A stretch of DNA of 55,689 nt, the filler included, from Catajapyx aquilonaris (Eukaryota), in NCBI GenBank assembly GCA_000934665.2. It is 3 parts of 3 records of this genome, joined end to end, with 100 filler letters (N's around TTAATTAATTAA, not from the genome) between each part and the next. Parts side by side here need not be neighbours in the genome. Positions count along the whole stretch, not along the records: positions 18,693 to 37,143 come from JYFJ02006693.1; 2 more parts are not named here. One strand, given 5' to 3'. Shown here piece after piece: positions 22,389 to 34,940 of this stretch (position 1 is its first letter; each line of letters opens with the position of its first letter). The position numbers were made by a program, and so were the translations under genes. The notes under the pieces are model-generated. The model searched no databases. It was not told the origin of the DNA and saw nothing but the letters and a program-made list of their open reading frames with translations.

Positions 22389-23476
22389 GGTGATTTCTTA
22401 TGCAATTGATGAAAACCCAAGCATTTTGGCAGGCGCTTCTTCTTATGATAAGTAAGCATTAGGATGATCAAAAGACGACAATGATCTGATTGTTGTCATG
22501 CGAGACCCACGAATGGAGTAGAAACAGTAAATATGACGTCAATGATGGAGGCGTAGGATTACTTTTAACTAGCAATATATACCGAGTGAAATTAAGTCAA
22601 ATGGCGACAAAACGTGTCCACTTTTCACCAGTACACCTAGATATACACCAGATATATGCGAAGAGGTTTCCTTGAGTCATTAAAAAATGCCTTAAGTATA
22701 TTTAATTGCTACAGAAATTATTACTCCTCAGATGTCGGAAGACATATTGAAATGCCAGAATCAGCCCGCATAATGCAAGTGCGCCGATTCCCTGATAATT
22801 ATCCATTGGGAGATGCTGGAATAATACTTCAACAGAGCCGCGGAGGCCAATATGTCGGTACGATGCATCATACATCACACGCCGTAGCCAGTTCCTCAAT
22901 CTCTGATATTATAGGCGATAATTTAAAGATTCTTGACAATAAAGTCGAACTGAATGTAAGCATCTTATCGGATTCGATAAATATATCTGTAAGAAATTAG
23001 GCACATGCGATTACACTAGTGATAGTCCAGTTCCATCACTGGTAAGAGAATGACGAGATTGTTGCCTTACATAAAGATTCCTTGCTGAGTCGCTCTTATG
23101 GTATTGTATGTTTGTGATGAAATATTACGCCACCGTCACAACAATTAAGTTTCAACTGACACACTGGAATAATTGTGAGTAAGGCCAGATTTGAACCTTA
23201 AACTTGAACATGCAATTTTGAAGTTGGCTACAGCAAAACCGTCATTTTGATAATTTCGTTCTAATTTCCCCTTCTGTATTGGGAATGAGAAGAGTCTCTT
23301 CCGATTGTAATGCACACACAATCAATATATTACTTCAAAATACTGAAACTACTCGAGTAGTGTGGCCAGTTGTATAATCGTCGGACTGCCCGTTTATTCT
23401 CCTTCTGGATGCTAAGAACGCAGAGCTTTGTGTTGTCTGATGTGATTACCGGTAGTTATTTACCACACACACCAGT
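22389..23476 (+). repeat. Long direct repeat, copy 1
   Basis: Highly similar to 26566-27309. Contains ~300 bp (about 22788-23088) missing from copy 2. Confidence 0.92.
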
Positions 23477-24141
23477 GTTCAAGGCCTTGGTCTTCAAGGC
23501 CAGAATCGACCACCTCTGGCTTGACCTCCACAAGGTCCGCGCCTTGCCTTTATAAAAGCGGCACCCAAGGCGCGGGCAACTTCACTTCACTGATTCTGGT
23601 TGGTTAGATCGGTTCTGGTTCTGATAACTGATTCTAGGTTGGTTAGAATATTACTTTTTCAATTGAAGCAGCATCTTTCGCGTGGATTTCGATGTATCGA
23701 ATGAAGGATTCCTTGATGGGAGCATTTTTTTTTTTCTCAATGTCAATTTCAACATAGCGAATAACTTAAGCCATCTGCTCACGATGTACAGCATCTGGGG
23801 TAGAGTCAAACATGATTCCAAGTATTTGCTCCTCTGAATATTGTGCAAAATTGAGTTACGGACGTCTTGAGCTAAAATCGAAATGAACTCATTTTGTATT
23901 CCAGCCGATAAATAAGACGTTAAGCCCTGATTGTCCTTCACATAGGCCAAATGGCGATCTAGCAATGGATCATATTGTGCCAGCAACTTAATCAGTGCCA
24001 AAAAGTTTCCAGGATTTTCAACTGAGAGGAGTTGTTCTCGGTGACCTCTCAAGGCAAGATTTTGAGACGCCAAAAATTTGATGCAGTCAAGAATCCGCTT
24101 CAATATTCCTCGCCATTTTTCCCATTCCGATTGGATTTGGT
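23473..24141 (-). mobile_element. Truncated hAT transposon with transposase fragment (DUF4371/ZMYM1-like)
   Basis: ILDCIKFLASQNLALRGH, NPGNFLALIKLLAQYDPLL, SYLSAGIQNEFI; after a frameshift IMFDSTPD..HREQM..IRYV..IKESFI. hAT-like end CAGTGTT at 23473. Confidence 0.85.
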
Positions 24142-24169
24142 TCAGAAGTGTTTGATCAAGTGCTTTCTT

Positions 24170-24468
24170 CGTCTGTAGACGCCGGTCCAGTTCTTTCCAG
24201 ATGCAGTCCTCACAGAGTAGCGCAGGTCAATGCGCACCCCTTGAATAAACAGTCTCGGCTTTTGTGTCAACTTCTGATACGGCAGAAACATGGCCTCCGT
24301 CTTCGCTCTATTGCAGTCGAGCCCAAGCGAGGCCGACCACTTCCGCAACATGGGCTCCACCTTAAACCACGTCTCCTGGATTCTGTCAATGGAGGGGCCA
24401 GATATCAGCAGAACTTGGTCATCAGCGTAAGCTTGCACATGCACCCGGTTCAGGCCAACCCCCCTCAA
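24170..24468 (-). mobile_element. LINE reverse transcriptase fragment (R1/LOA-like)
   Basis: VQAYADDQVLLISG...LRKWSASLGLDCNRAKTEAMFL. Confidence 0.85.
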
Positions 24469-24723
24469 TTAGAAAGTCTAAATGAACCGGAACGAATACA
24501 TTTTAAAAAATACGGGTTCAAGGTTACACGAGCTTAGTTGAATGTGGTATTGATGAAATAGGTAGCACTTTTTTTCAAAAAAATCATGAATAAGTAATGA
24601 ATATTGAGATTTCAAGGTAAGGCTCTTCAGACATGTGCAGTGTGCACGTAGTTGCGATTGCCTCTATGTTAATATTCTTGATTCCTTTTAACTCCAGTAA
24701 TGCCATGTTTCGTCCGTGAACCG

Positions 24724-25710
24724 CTAACAGAGAGTATAGATGTCTTCACAAAACATATCCGTTACCTCTACCTGCAGGTGTGTTAGCTTGGGCAAGCGCT
24801 TGATAGTGTCAACTATTGCGGACGCTATTCGAGTGCAATAGCAAAAAATCGAAATCATTGTGGTGCCAGGAGATGCTGCAACGGCAGCAGCATGGGTCTG
24901 TTCTTGCTGTTTGTCGGTTAGGACTAGCGATAGCGCTAGGCTCCTAAGATGGTAATTATTTCCTGCGGGTTCTCCTGGTGGAACATCTTGCATCATCGAC
25001 CCTAAAGCGAGGGCAGTGTTGGAGTGACCAAGGCTGTCCAGGTTGGGCCTATACGCTGCAAAATAAATTACAGGCCGTCAACAGTCACCTGGGTACCTTG
25101 CAGGCCCAGCTCGTTTAATGAAGAGCATCTACCATGACTCTCCGCTGGGTCTGATTCTAGGAATAATTGCTGGACCCCAATATCACCGACAGACTAGGTT
25201 TAAGGTCCTGCAAGAGTCCGAAATGCAATGTAATATAGTGGTGAATGCAGCTTGAATATTCCGTGCCTATGGGCCCATGCATGATGATATCTTACCTTAG
25301 GTTATGCAGGTGATCTCCCACAATGAGAAGGACGTTATCTGTTAATTCTTCGCAGGCAGTAAGATGGAGTGTTTCGAGTGTAGAAAATAAGGACGGGAGG
25401 CTCACCAGGCTTTCGTCGCTCAGCATGATGCTCTCTTCCCTTCTTCTCCGTCAAGGTCGAGGGTTTTGCCGTGCTGTGGAAATAGCAACCTAATTAGACC
25501 TGGAGGAGATTGGGTCTGCATCAATAGTTACCTTGCAGCATATGCTAGGACGTTAGTCACAGTCACATCCTCTTTCCACGCGTAATCGCGATTTGTAATG
25601 GTTTTAGTTTGTGGCACCAGAAGATTCTTCAAATTATTGATATTAAGGGGAGTCCCTGTATCTCTCAGACGGTCCATGAGATCATCCATGACGGTGAGAG
25701 CTAGAAACAA
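24724..25710 (-). pseudogene. Degenerate leucine-rich-repeat (F-box/LRR-like) gene remnant
   Basis: LRR-like segments TLETLHLTACEELTDNVLLIVGDHLHNL (~25300-25385), SLNELGLQGTQVTVDGL (~25075-25125) and LPKLTHLQV. Short GT-AG intron near 25208-25295. In-frame stops present. Confidence 0.5.
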
Positions 25711-26565
25711 TAATATTTCAAAATTAAATGCTTCGCAAATCTGATTAGCGCATAAAATTACGACAACACCGCTGCACTTATATGGCCCTCGGTTGCAGCA
25801 CCACTTATAGTGTACTTGTATACGTTCTACAGCCTCAACATTTGCATGCCCATAGTGCTATTATTTGTTCTTTGTCCATGTTCTTTGTCCAAAGAAAAAG
25901 AAAATTGTCGGCATTATTTTTTGCATTGTGGACTTGTGGTGTCTAGGGATATAAAATTACAGCAATCTGAAATGCGTATATCTATAGTTATGGTCACTGC
26001 TACAGGATATTCCAACCGATTCCAACATGATCGTTTTGTTAATGGTTTTTTGACACTAAGCTGCTTGTTTTTAAATCAATTTCTGTTGCATTGTTACTCA
26101 TATAGGCTATAGCAGTGGACTCACACAGGCCGTCGACGGTTTTGATTTTTGGTCGCGTCGAAGTGCCGGTCGCGCTTTTTCCGCTGGTCGGTTTCACACA
26201 GGCCGTCGCGTCGCCTTCTCCCGCTTCCCCTTGTTTCGATACTCGGCCTTCCGCACCTCGTAGAGCAGGCTGAATCTCTCCACTTCGTCGATAAGGGCCT
26301 TGTCCCGACTGTCATCATCTATCGTGGCGGCCATCTTTTTTCTCAGATTTCAATTTGCGCAAGCTGCTCTTCTTTTGTCAGTTATATGCTTACATGACCC
26401 GCTTGGGCAGTGCGCATGCGCGCTGCCCAAGCGCGGCCTCCTATTGGCCGGTCGCAGTCGCGGTCGCAGTCGCGGTCGCAGTCGCACACCAAAACCAAGT
26501 TTGTGTAAAAAGATTTGTTGGCAGAGTAGTGCTGCAAATCATTCTTATTCCCCCGCGTGATTGGC

Positions 26566-27309
26566 GGTGGTTTCTTATGCAATAATTGATGAAAACCCAA
26601 GCATTTTGGCTGGCGCTTCTTGTTATGATAAGTAAGCATTAGGATGATCAAAAGACGACAATGATCTGATTGTCATGCGAGACCCACGAATGGAGTAGAA
26701 ACAGTAAATATGACGTCAATGATGGAGGCGTAAAAGTCAAATGGCGACAAAATGTGTCCACTTTTCACCAGTACGTCTAGATATACACAAGATATATGCG
26801 AAGAGGTTTCCTTGAGTCATTAAAAAATTCCTTAATTATATTTAATGGCTACAGAAATTATTACTCCTCAGATGTCGGAAGACATATTGAAATCGCCGCA
26901 TCAGCCCGCATAATGCAAGTGCGCCGAGTCGCTCTTATGGTATTGTATGTTTGTGATGAAATATTACGCCAACGTCACAACAATTAAGTTTCAACTGACA
27001 CGCTGGAATAATTGTGAGTAAGGCCAGATTTGAACCTTAAACTTTGAACTTGCAGTTTTGAAATTGGCTACAGCAAAACCGTCATTTTGATAAATTTTTC
27101 GTTCTAATTTCCCCTTCTGTATTGGGAATGAGAACAGTCTCTTCCCATTGTAATGCACACACAAGCAATATTCAAAATACTGAAACTACTCTAGTAGTGT
27201 GGCCAGTTGTATAATCGTCGGACTGCCCGTATACTCTCCGTCTGGATGCTAATAACGTAGAGCTCTGTTGTCTGTGATGTACCGGTAATTATGTACCCCA
27301 CACACCAGT
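26566..27309 (+). repeat. Long direct repeat, copy 2
   Basis: Collinear with 22389-23476, with two internal deletions. Confidence 0.92.
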
Positions 27310-27654
27310 ATTTTACACTTCATTACATTTACGCAATCAGTAGTGTGAATAATTGCCTAATAGGCTATTAGTAGCCAATACTGTTTGTAGCCATTAAACG
27401 CCATTTGAATATTTTTGTATTGTTTTGGTGTTACAAGGCCACGCGTTATTGGCTCACACATTGACGAAGAACCACTAGGCAATTAACATGCATTAAATGG
27501 CAATTACCATGACCTGTAACATGTACACAAAATTATTCGTAGTGCTGAGCAATTTTTTGACACTAAGTGGCTTGATATTATCCATTTTTGTAGTTATTAT
27601 GATACATCACGTTATTATTGAAATATTATTTTCAAATATTACATTATTTTATTG

Positions 27655-27655
27655 T

Positions 27656-27719
<64 letters not shown>

Positions 27720-27720
27720 G
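27655..27720 (+). repeat. (CTA)n microsatellite
   Basis: Directly visible. Confidence 0.97.
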
Positions 27721-28577
27721 TTATTGCTACTGTCCTGCTGCTGAAAAAAATTGTCTTTTCTAAATGCCATTCTATAGATTATAGGACGTCTAACACAGTA
27801 AGCGACATAGAAAAGACTATTGGGTTCATATATACTAGATGAACCCAATAGTCTTTTAGAGCCTCTTCCCTGCCACCTATGGAATTCCAACTGTGTCCCG
27901 GAACTGATCGATCCGGGTTGGCACGTGACCGACTCCGGAGCCTCCTGGAGGCTGCTCCGTATCTATGTATAGTCAAGAATTACTACTCCGGATTGCCGCA
28001 TCTCTGGGTCATACTCTTGACCCGGTGACACACATACACAAGGCTCGACCCAGAGCTGCCCGAAACACCCCTCTGCTTTTGATAACACAACCATCCAGAG
28101 ATGACCCTTGACCTGGTCAGGTAACTGGGAAGAGACGGGAGTGACCTTTGGTCGTCAGAGGCGTGATAATGAGGCGGCGTCGGCGACGTCGCGACGAAGG
28201 AGAAGCGGGAGGGGGGCCACCTTGAGACGAGCCGCCACTGTCGGTGACCCGGGAATATCCGGGGTCACCTGGGAGTGGGAGGTTGGGGCAACACCCTGCT
28301 TACAAGGTCCGGATTTTCCAGGTATACTTAATTATAGCTAATAAATACATTACAAAATTGATAAATCACTGACCAATAGCGGAACTGATAACAGCTAATA
28401 AATTATTAGTTAATTGAATATTAGCTAATGCGTGAATTAACTAATAGATTATAAGTATTAAACCTAGACTAAGTTATGAACATCATGTGTACAGGGGACA
28501 TATGGCTGAATGTCATTAGTACGTATAATTAATTGTAATTAACAGGACTTGGAGAGAGTTCTGCAGAATCACTGCAG

Positions 28578-29944
28578 ATGGTTAAAGTGGTGGTACTGGG
28601 AGCACCCGCTGTTGGAAAAACGTCCCTGATAGAGGTACGTTATTCGATAAACTCATTATTTGTCATTAGATGGGGCAATCAAATGAAGGGCTTAATAAGG
28701 TTGACAAAGTGACATAGCGATTACCCCTTAGGGCGGCCATTATTTTCATTAAGGACGGCACTCTTTAGAGCCTATTGATCCGTCGCCAAATCTATTGTGT
28801 CTCGACTGTTGGTTCCCCGTAAATATCGAACATTTGACCCCTGACGACAGCAATTTGTACGTAACGAGTTTCGAGAGACGTATGAGCCCACTGGTCGACC
28901 CCAGGCGTACCATCCGACTGTCCTCCTCAACCAGAGGATATACGAGCTCAAGATTTCGGACGTACCAACTATGCCGTACTTCCCGAGCGATGCATTATGC
29001 GAATGGATGCAGTTTCGATGCTACGGTGCGTACGGTACTGTTCAAACCCTTTTCATTCGAGTAGTATGAGAGTCTGAACTGTTCCGACTTGGAGACGCGA
29101 CAATATTAAACAATCTCTGCATCGTCTCTGGAATGTTAATACAAGTATAATGTCCTGTCTCCATATGACAGAACCTGAGACGGGAAAACAACCGTGCAGA
29201 TATTCCCGTCTCCAAATCGGAACATACAGTCGTGTAGGCTAGGTAGTTATAGCTGGAATCCACAACGTGCGCACTAGTTCTTCGCATGGCCACGTGTGCG
29301 CATCATTTCTGCTCATCGACAAGTGTGCGCATGCGCAGTACCTTTTGCGCACTAGTTTTGCGCATGGACATTTGTACGCATCTGTTCTGCGCACATATTA
29401 GGCCACTTCAGCCTCTGACTTGCTCTGACTTCTTTAAGGCCTGCGTCACGCCGAAGCATATCTCCTGGTGTACGACGCTGCGTCTCCAGAGTCCTTCCAC
29501 TTCATCAGGGCCCTTCGAGACCAGATTCTGGTAGCTAGAGAAGATGTTCCTCTGGTGGTGGCAGCCAACAAGCATGACCTTCTGTACGAGAATGGTGCAC
29601 CACCGCACCATCACCATCATCACCACCACCACCACCATCCTCTGCATCACTTGCATCACCATCATCACCATCATGAGATATCGTTGTTGTCTAAGGGCAG
29701 CGAGGGCGGGTTTCGAGACCGGGAGTTGCAACAGTCCAAGGGCGGCCCATGGGCAGGGGACATTGCTGGGGTTGTCAGGAAGCAGTGGAAGGTACAGCAC
29801 ATCGAGTGCAGCGCCAAGTTCAACTGGAGGGTTATGGCGCTGTTCAGGGAGGTGCTGAGGATGGTCGAAGGGGCACAAGGGTGGGCCCCGCCCTTGGATC
29901 CGCCCTTGGATGCAATCTCGCACCAAGCATGCACATTGCTTTGA
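28578..29944 (+). CDS. RASL10: Ras-like family 10 (RASL10A/B-type) small GTPase, ~245 aa from this ATG
   Basis: Exons 28578-28634 (P-loop GAPAVGKT), 28851-29025 (QFVRNEF..YEPT..YHPTVLLNQRIYELKISDVP..EW) and 29439-29944 (GLRHAEAYLLVYD, NKHD, VVRKQWKVQHIECSAKFNWRV, CAAX CTLL). GT-AG sites and phases are consistent. A possible in-frame upstream extension uses an acceptor at 28546 and an exon ending at 28321. Confidence 0.9.
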
Positions 29945-32900
29945 GATTCAGCGCAAATCACGTTCCGTTTGGCTGGTTAAAGACAACGTATATGGGAATG
30001 GGGGCAAGCAATGACAAAGAGGCTGTCAGGACCTTGGCAATACAACCGGTACAGGTACCCCCTACTGAGTCCAAGGCAACATTGGGGAGCCCTGCACACC
30101 ATGAAAGTGAAGATGCTTGCCTCAAAATTAATGAAATTAAATTAAGCATTAATTATGATAATGTAAAAAAGAAATGGTGGCCTGAAAATTTGGCAAGTTG
30201 AATTGAGAATTTGCTGTGATAATTAAATCGGCAATTAAATAAGGTAACTGATATACAGCAGTAATAAATCTAGGGATTAATTGGGATTCCTATTTTATTA
30301 AAATTAACACCAATTATATTATACTCATTTTGTCAACTGCTAATTGAGATAATTACTTCTAGTTAATTATTAAGGAATTGAACATAATTCAATATGTTAT
30401 TTAACTATTAATTTATTCCATGAGCTCTTAAGCTATTGATTCTGTTCGTACTTTATCGTTAATAATATCTATGAATAATATTGTGATTAATATTACTTGC
30501 TAATGATTATTTAGTCATTTATCTATTAATGTATTCTGTTAATACATTTACTATTGTTAATTGTTAACCATTAAATTGTGATAATTATTACTAGCTATTA
30601 ATTCATCCCATTATTTTACTATTAATTCATTCTGTTAGTTATTTTACTATTAATTCATTCCGTTAGTTATTTTACTATTATAATACTAATGAATTGTGAT
30701 AATTAAAGTGAGTGGTTAATTACGTCAATGACATTGCTGATTATCGCAAATTAATACATTATGGAAAAAGTTCATTACAGGCAGTGCATTTATTATATTA
30801 TAAATATGTAAAACTAATAAGTTAATAACTAATAACATGTTCGCAAAATTTAAATACTATAAACTCCAGTTACATTGCAAAAGCGATTTTCAGCAACAGT
30901 GATGCTGAAATATGATAAGTTAATTGCAATAAACAGCAAGCAAGGTCCTGCATGTCTTGTACACAATAGATGAAAGGTTACGTGTGTAGTAATGAGTGGT
31001 TTGTTGTTTACCGGCGGTTATTTTTTTGTGGCGTCAAATTATACTCCCTGTAAATCACTCACAAAAAAACAACTGGGATTTCATAACTTGCTGTTGTAGT
31101 TGTATAAAAATAGATTACGTCTGATTACGTGCATTGACGTTGTAGGGTGCTGTGATATTACGACAATTAAGTTCATTACTTCACACTCATTACATTTTAA
31201 ATTGGTTCAAGTGTGTTAAATTTGCTGATTTTTAAAACATCGACATTTACGTGTACAGTACCAACACTTATTTTGTGTATTATTGGTTGGTACTATAAAT
31301 CAGGTTATGTTTTTGTCGCACTGCCAACAATACCTCACTTTAATTGCTAATAATGTCGTACTGTCCTTACGTTTTATGAACAAAAAACCAGCACAAAACA
31401 CGACTGTTGATTAGCTTACATGTAATTTGTACAGTGTGTCTCACAAGGTCAATCGTGATATCTGCCAAAAAAAAAATCGCGACAATCAGTATATACGGCG
31501 CAATAATGTGGCACAAACGATCATATTAAACGATCACAATAAAAGAAGCTATAATTGCTCATAAAATGACAATCTTGTCCCCCCCATAATGTAACGCAAT
31601 ATGAAGATTAATAAAGCATAACTGGCCCATCATTTTTAACATTTTTCAGGTCATGCAAAAAAAATATATATTCGCACGAAACTTTCTCTCAAAAATTTTC
31701 GTGTACTTCACACGGTGATGTCGAAACGTAATGTCAATTTCAGTCTAAGTACAGCACATGATTTAGGTCACGGTCTTATCTTAGCCAGACATGTCGTATA
31801 TGTCATGTCGCAAAAAAAAAAAAATGCAAGTGAATTCCCTTTCTGCCCCATTAGCATAACGTAAACAACAATGAGAGTCTTTTTTTTTGTTTTTTGGATT
31901 CAAGGATAACCGGTTGGGTATACCGGTTAGGTATGGGGCAGGTCATACAACCTGCATCTTATGCAAGTTCACCTTGGAGGAGATTCGCAAATTTTTTTAC
32001 AAAGTCGTCGACCTCCTGACATGTTCGTAAAATATTTTTTTTTAAATAAAATGGTACAAGCTATACATACAAGATGTGCTAAATTTTAATTAGTGCCTAC
32101 ATGTAAATTTTGCACAAAAATAATTTTAGTGTCAGTAACAGTTGACAGCATATGCCCTTGCTACTAATTTGCATCGTTACAAACATTTATTGGTGTTAAT
32201 TAAAAATTCGCGAAATTGTTTTTTAAAAAAATTTGCGTGATGAGCGTGGAAAACACCATGGGTGACATTCACAGTGCCGACTGACCTCCTTCACGGAGGC
32301 GTGCCTTTTACCCGATTACTTCTCGCAAAAATGAGCAAAAAAAAAAAGAAAGGAAAGGAGCTGGCTTGAAAAATCTGCAAAAGTAAACCGCGACTTGTGT
32401 CTCGGGTTCATTTTCGGCTTGGATTTTTGCGGAGGACGGACGGTGACGGAGCATCGACAATGGTGCAAGAGGTGAGTGGCTTTGTTGCAAAATGATGCAA
32501 ATTAAATTTTGCGATTTATATAGTAAAGTATAGGCTAGTGTAGGGGCGTCGAAATTATGCTATGATTTTAAATTTATTTTCTGGACTAAGATGTGGACTA
32601 ATTATTTTGCAAATAATGGTATAAATAATCATTGAGTTAAATACCATAATAATTGTTTATTGATTTCGTTTATTTATCAATTGTGCAAATGATAATTGGC
32701 CGAAATACCACAACTTTACTTCATTGATTGCTGAATTAATCCATGAATATTATGCGAAAGTTGCCATAATTTTATTTTGCTTTGTAGACTAATTGATAAA
32801 TAATAATGGTTTAAATAATAATAATTAGCCGAAATGCCATTATTGTTGTTTATTGATTGCGTTAGCTACATTTTCATAAAAATGAATACAAATAAAAAGA

Positions 32901-33230
32901 TGTGCTTTTACATAATTTTATGCAAAAAAAAAACAATTCGAGTGTTCTGTGATAAATACTTATAGCTATGAGTTGAAATTAATTGCATGTTAAATAACAA
33001 TAACAAAGTTGTTATTGTTGAGCCTATAGCAACCAGTTTAGTCAAGCAACAATCCGGGTTACATTTATTAGTTGTATTAAATGTTTACTTTATTTATATT
33101 TCATAATATTAGATTATATTTTTCATAATTATTTTTACTCTATTTCTATTGCATAATTTTATTTGTCATAATCAATATTTATTTTATCATATCTATATTT
33201 ATTTCATAATTAAGATTTATTTTTTTATTT

Positions 33231-33346
33231 ATTCATAATTACTATTTATTTTTCTATATTTATTTATTCATAATTACTATTTATTTTTCTATATTTATTT
33301 ATTCATAATTACTATTTATTTTTCTATATTTATTTATTTCATAATT
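33231..33346 (+). repeat. 35-bp AT-rich tandem repeat, 3+ copies
   Basis: ATTCATAATTACTATTTATTTTTCTATATTTATTT starting at 33231, 33266 and 33301. Confidence 0.92.
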
Positions 33347-33500
33347 AATTTTGTTAGTTCTAATCAGTTCTAATAAGTGGTTCCCGGATTCTTGCTTGAT
33401 CCTACTGGTTGCTATATGCTCAACAATTTTCTGTACCATATTTCATTCAAACAAACGTTAATGAATTAATGTCACCAACTACTGATGTCTTGACCTACAG

Positions 33501-34940
33501 GTGACCATACCACCGGACGTCCCAGTGGACAAAATGTGCCCCCATCCGAAAGAAGTGTCCACAAGTCCTACCCGACTCATCCAGACCATATCAGACTTCG
33601 TCCTCAACATCATCTTATGGGTCACCAGTGTGCCGCTACTGCTCATACTGACCTGTCTGTGGCTGACCTCCCGAGTTTGGACTGCCCTTCGACACGGGTC
33701 AAAGCTGACCCAGATCAAAGGTCACGAGGCTGGTCTTCTATGTGGTGACACTGACCGGAACAGGGTCATCAGCGCATCGTGGGCCATCATGGACGGACAG
33801 CTCAGTCAATCGACCCTTGACTTCTACATAAGCCGGATGTCAAAGTTCATGATCACCGATGACTCCCTTCCGTTCCGGTCAGTACCAGTGACCGTACTGG
33901 GCTACGCGTACTGGTCACCCGTCGAAGTAGTGATGACCAACCACATACGTATGACAGTAAACAAATACCATACATACACCGAAGTGTTGCAACAGCTGTC
34001 CCAATTAGTGAACTGCGAATTCAGTACGGACAAACCAATGTGGGAATTTGTGTTCATACCGATGGTTAACAAGTACTGTGTACTGGTCCGTTTGCACCAT
34101 TGCTTAGGCGACGCTGTGTTTATGCAAGACCTGTTCTTGAAGTACCTGTCAGACAGGCCTATGGACACGCCCGATATTCTTTCGAGGCAATTACCAGCCT
34201 GGAAACGCGTTGTGATACAGTGCATCGCGCTTTTTAACGCGCCGTTACAGGCTACGTACCGGCTGTCGTATGGGCTACGACATACCTGGAATCTTCCGGA
34301 GCTAACAGGCCAGAAGATACTGCACAAGGGAGAGTCCATACCAGTCGACGTTGTCCGTTACATCAAGCGTCACTCCAGTACGCGTTTCTCAGACGTGATA
34401 TTGTGCTGTGCGTCGTCTGCGATACATCAGCATTTTAAGTCCACGATTCGTGTGGGTGTACCTGTCGCGTTCAAGTCAGGCGACGGACAGAACAACTTTG
34501 CGCTGATGTCGTTACCTGTAACGGACTCAAAAGATACGATGCAGCGGTTACGTGATGTGTCCGACTGGTCCACGCGTTTGTCCCAATCGACTGACTTGTA
34601 CACGTTCGGGTGGATCGGGCTTCTGTGTGGTACACTAGTGCCGGTACCGATGCTCCGGCCGTTCATAAGGTTTACGGACAATTCGGCAGCCATATGCTAC
34701 TTTCCAGGACCTAGACAGCCGTTGGTCATGCATGGTGCGGGTGCCTCCGAAGTGTCGCTCATATCACCGCACCATGGACGTTCAGGTGTCTCTGTGAATA
34801 TGTTTTCGTACACGGACCGTGTGCATGTCGGTGTCTACGGTGACACATCGGTGGTGAAATCTCCGGAGGATTTGAAGGGCATTGCGCAAGAGTGTGTTCG
34901 TGCCATACACGAACTGGCAAGTGTACTCGAGTACCACTAA
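33501..34940 (+). CDS. Wax ester synthase/diacylglycerol acyltransferase (WS/DGAT) family protein, one long exon
   Basis: 479-codon open frame after acceptor cctacag|33501 (first ATG at 33534). N-terminal TM segment; DKPMWEFVFI; VRLHHCLGDA (HHxxxDG-type catalytic motif); FSDVILCCASSAI; C-terminal FPGP and GVSVNMFSYTDRVHVGVYGD. Confidence 0.85.
   Translation: MTIPPDVPVDKMCPHPKEVSTSPTRLIQTISDFVLNIILWVTSVPLLLILTCLWLTSRVWTALRHGSKLTQIKGHEAGLLCGDTDRNRVISASWAIMDGQLSQSTLDFYISRMSKFMITDDSLPFRSVPVTVLGYAYWSPVEVVMTNHIRMTVNKYHTYTEVLQQLSQLVNCEFSTDKPMWEFVFIPMVNKYCVLVRLHHCLGDAVFMQDLFLKYLSDRPMDTPDILSRQLPAWKRVVIQCIALFNAPLQATYRLSYGLRHTWNLPELTGQKILHKGESIPVDVVRYIKRHSSTRFSDVILCCASSAIHQHFKSTIRVGVPVAFKSGDGQNNFALMSLPVTDSKDTMQRLRDVSDWSTRLSQSTDLYTFGWIGLLCGTLVPVPMLRPFIRFTDNSAAICYFPGPRQPLVMHGAGASEVSLISPHHGRSGVSVNMFSYTDRVHVGVYGDTSVVKSPEDLKGIAQECVRAIHELASVLEYH

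Noticed and set aside
22656..26987. Paralogous ORFs MRRGFLESLKN...
   Set aside because: They lie in the direct repeats, diverge at a deletion, and show no coding signature.
22389..27309. LTR retrotransposon
   Set aside because: No TG...CA termini, PBS/PPT, TSD or gag-pol were found. The RT fragment inside is LINE-type.
27497..27890. Poly-Tyr, poly-Thr and poly-Ser ORFs
   Set aside because: They are translations of the (CTA)n microsatellite.
29260..29400. GCGCA-rich repeated motifs in RASL10 intron 2
   Set aside because: Probably a TE remnant. No termini or defined structure could be established.
29408..29961. Antisense and alternate-frame ORFs over RASL10, and similar ones over WS/DGAT, the IRs, cnn and golgin-97
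   Set aside because: They are shadow ORFs of real coding exons with no independent evidence.
30200..33480. AT-rich region as origin or regulatory element
   Set aside because: Low-complexity intergenic or intronic DNA with likely TE remnants. Nothing is supportable beyond the 35-bp tandem repeat.
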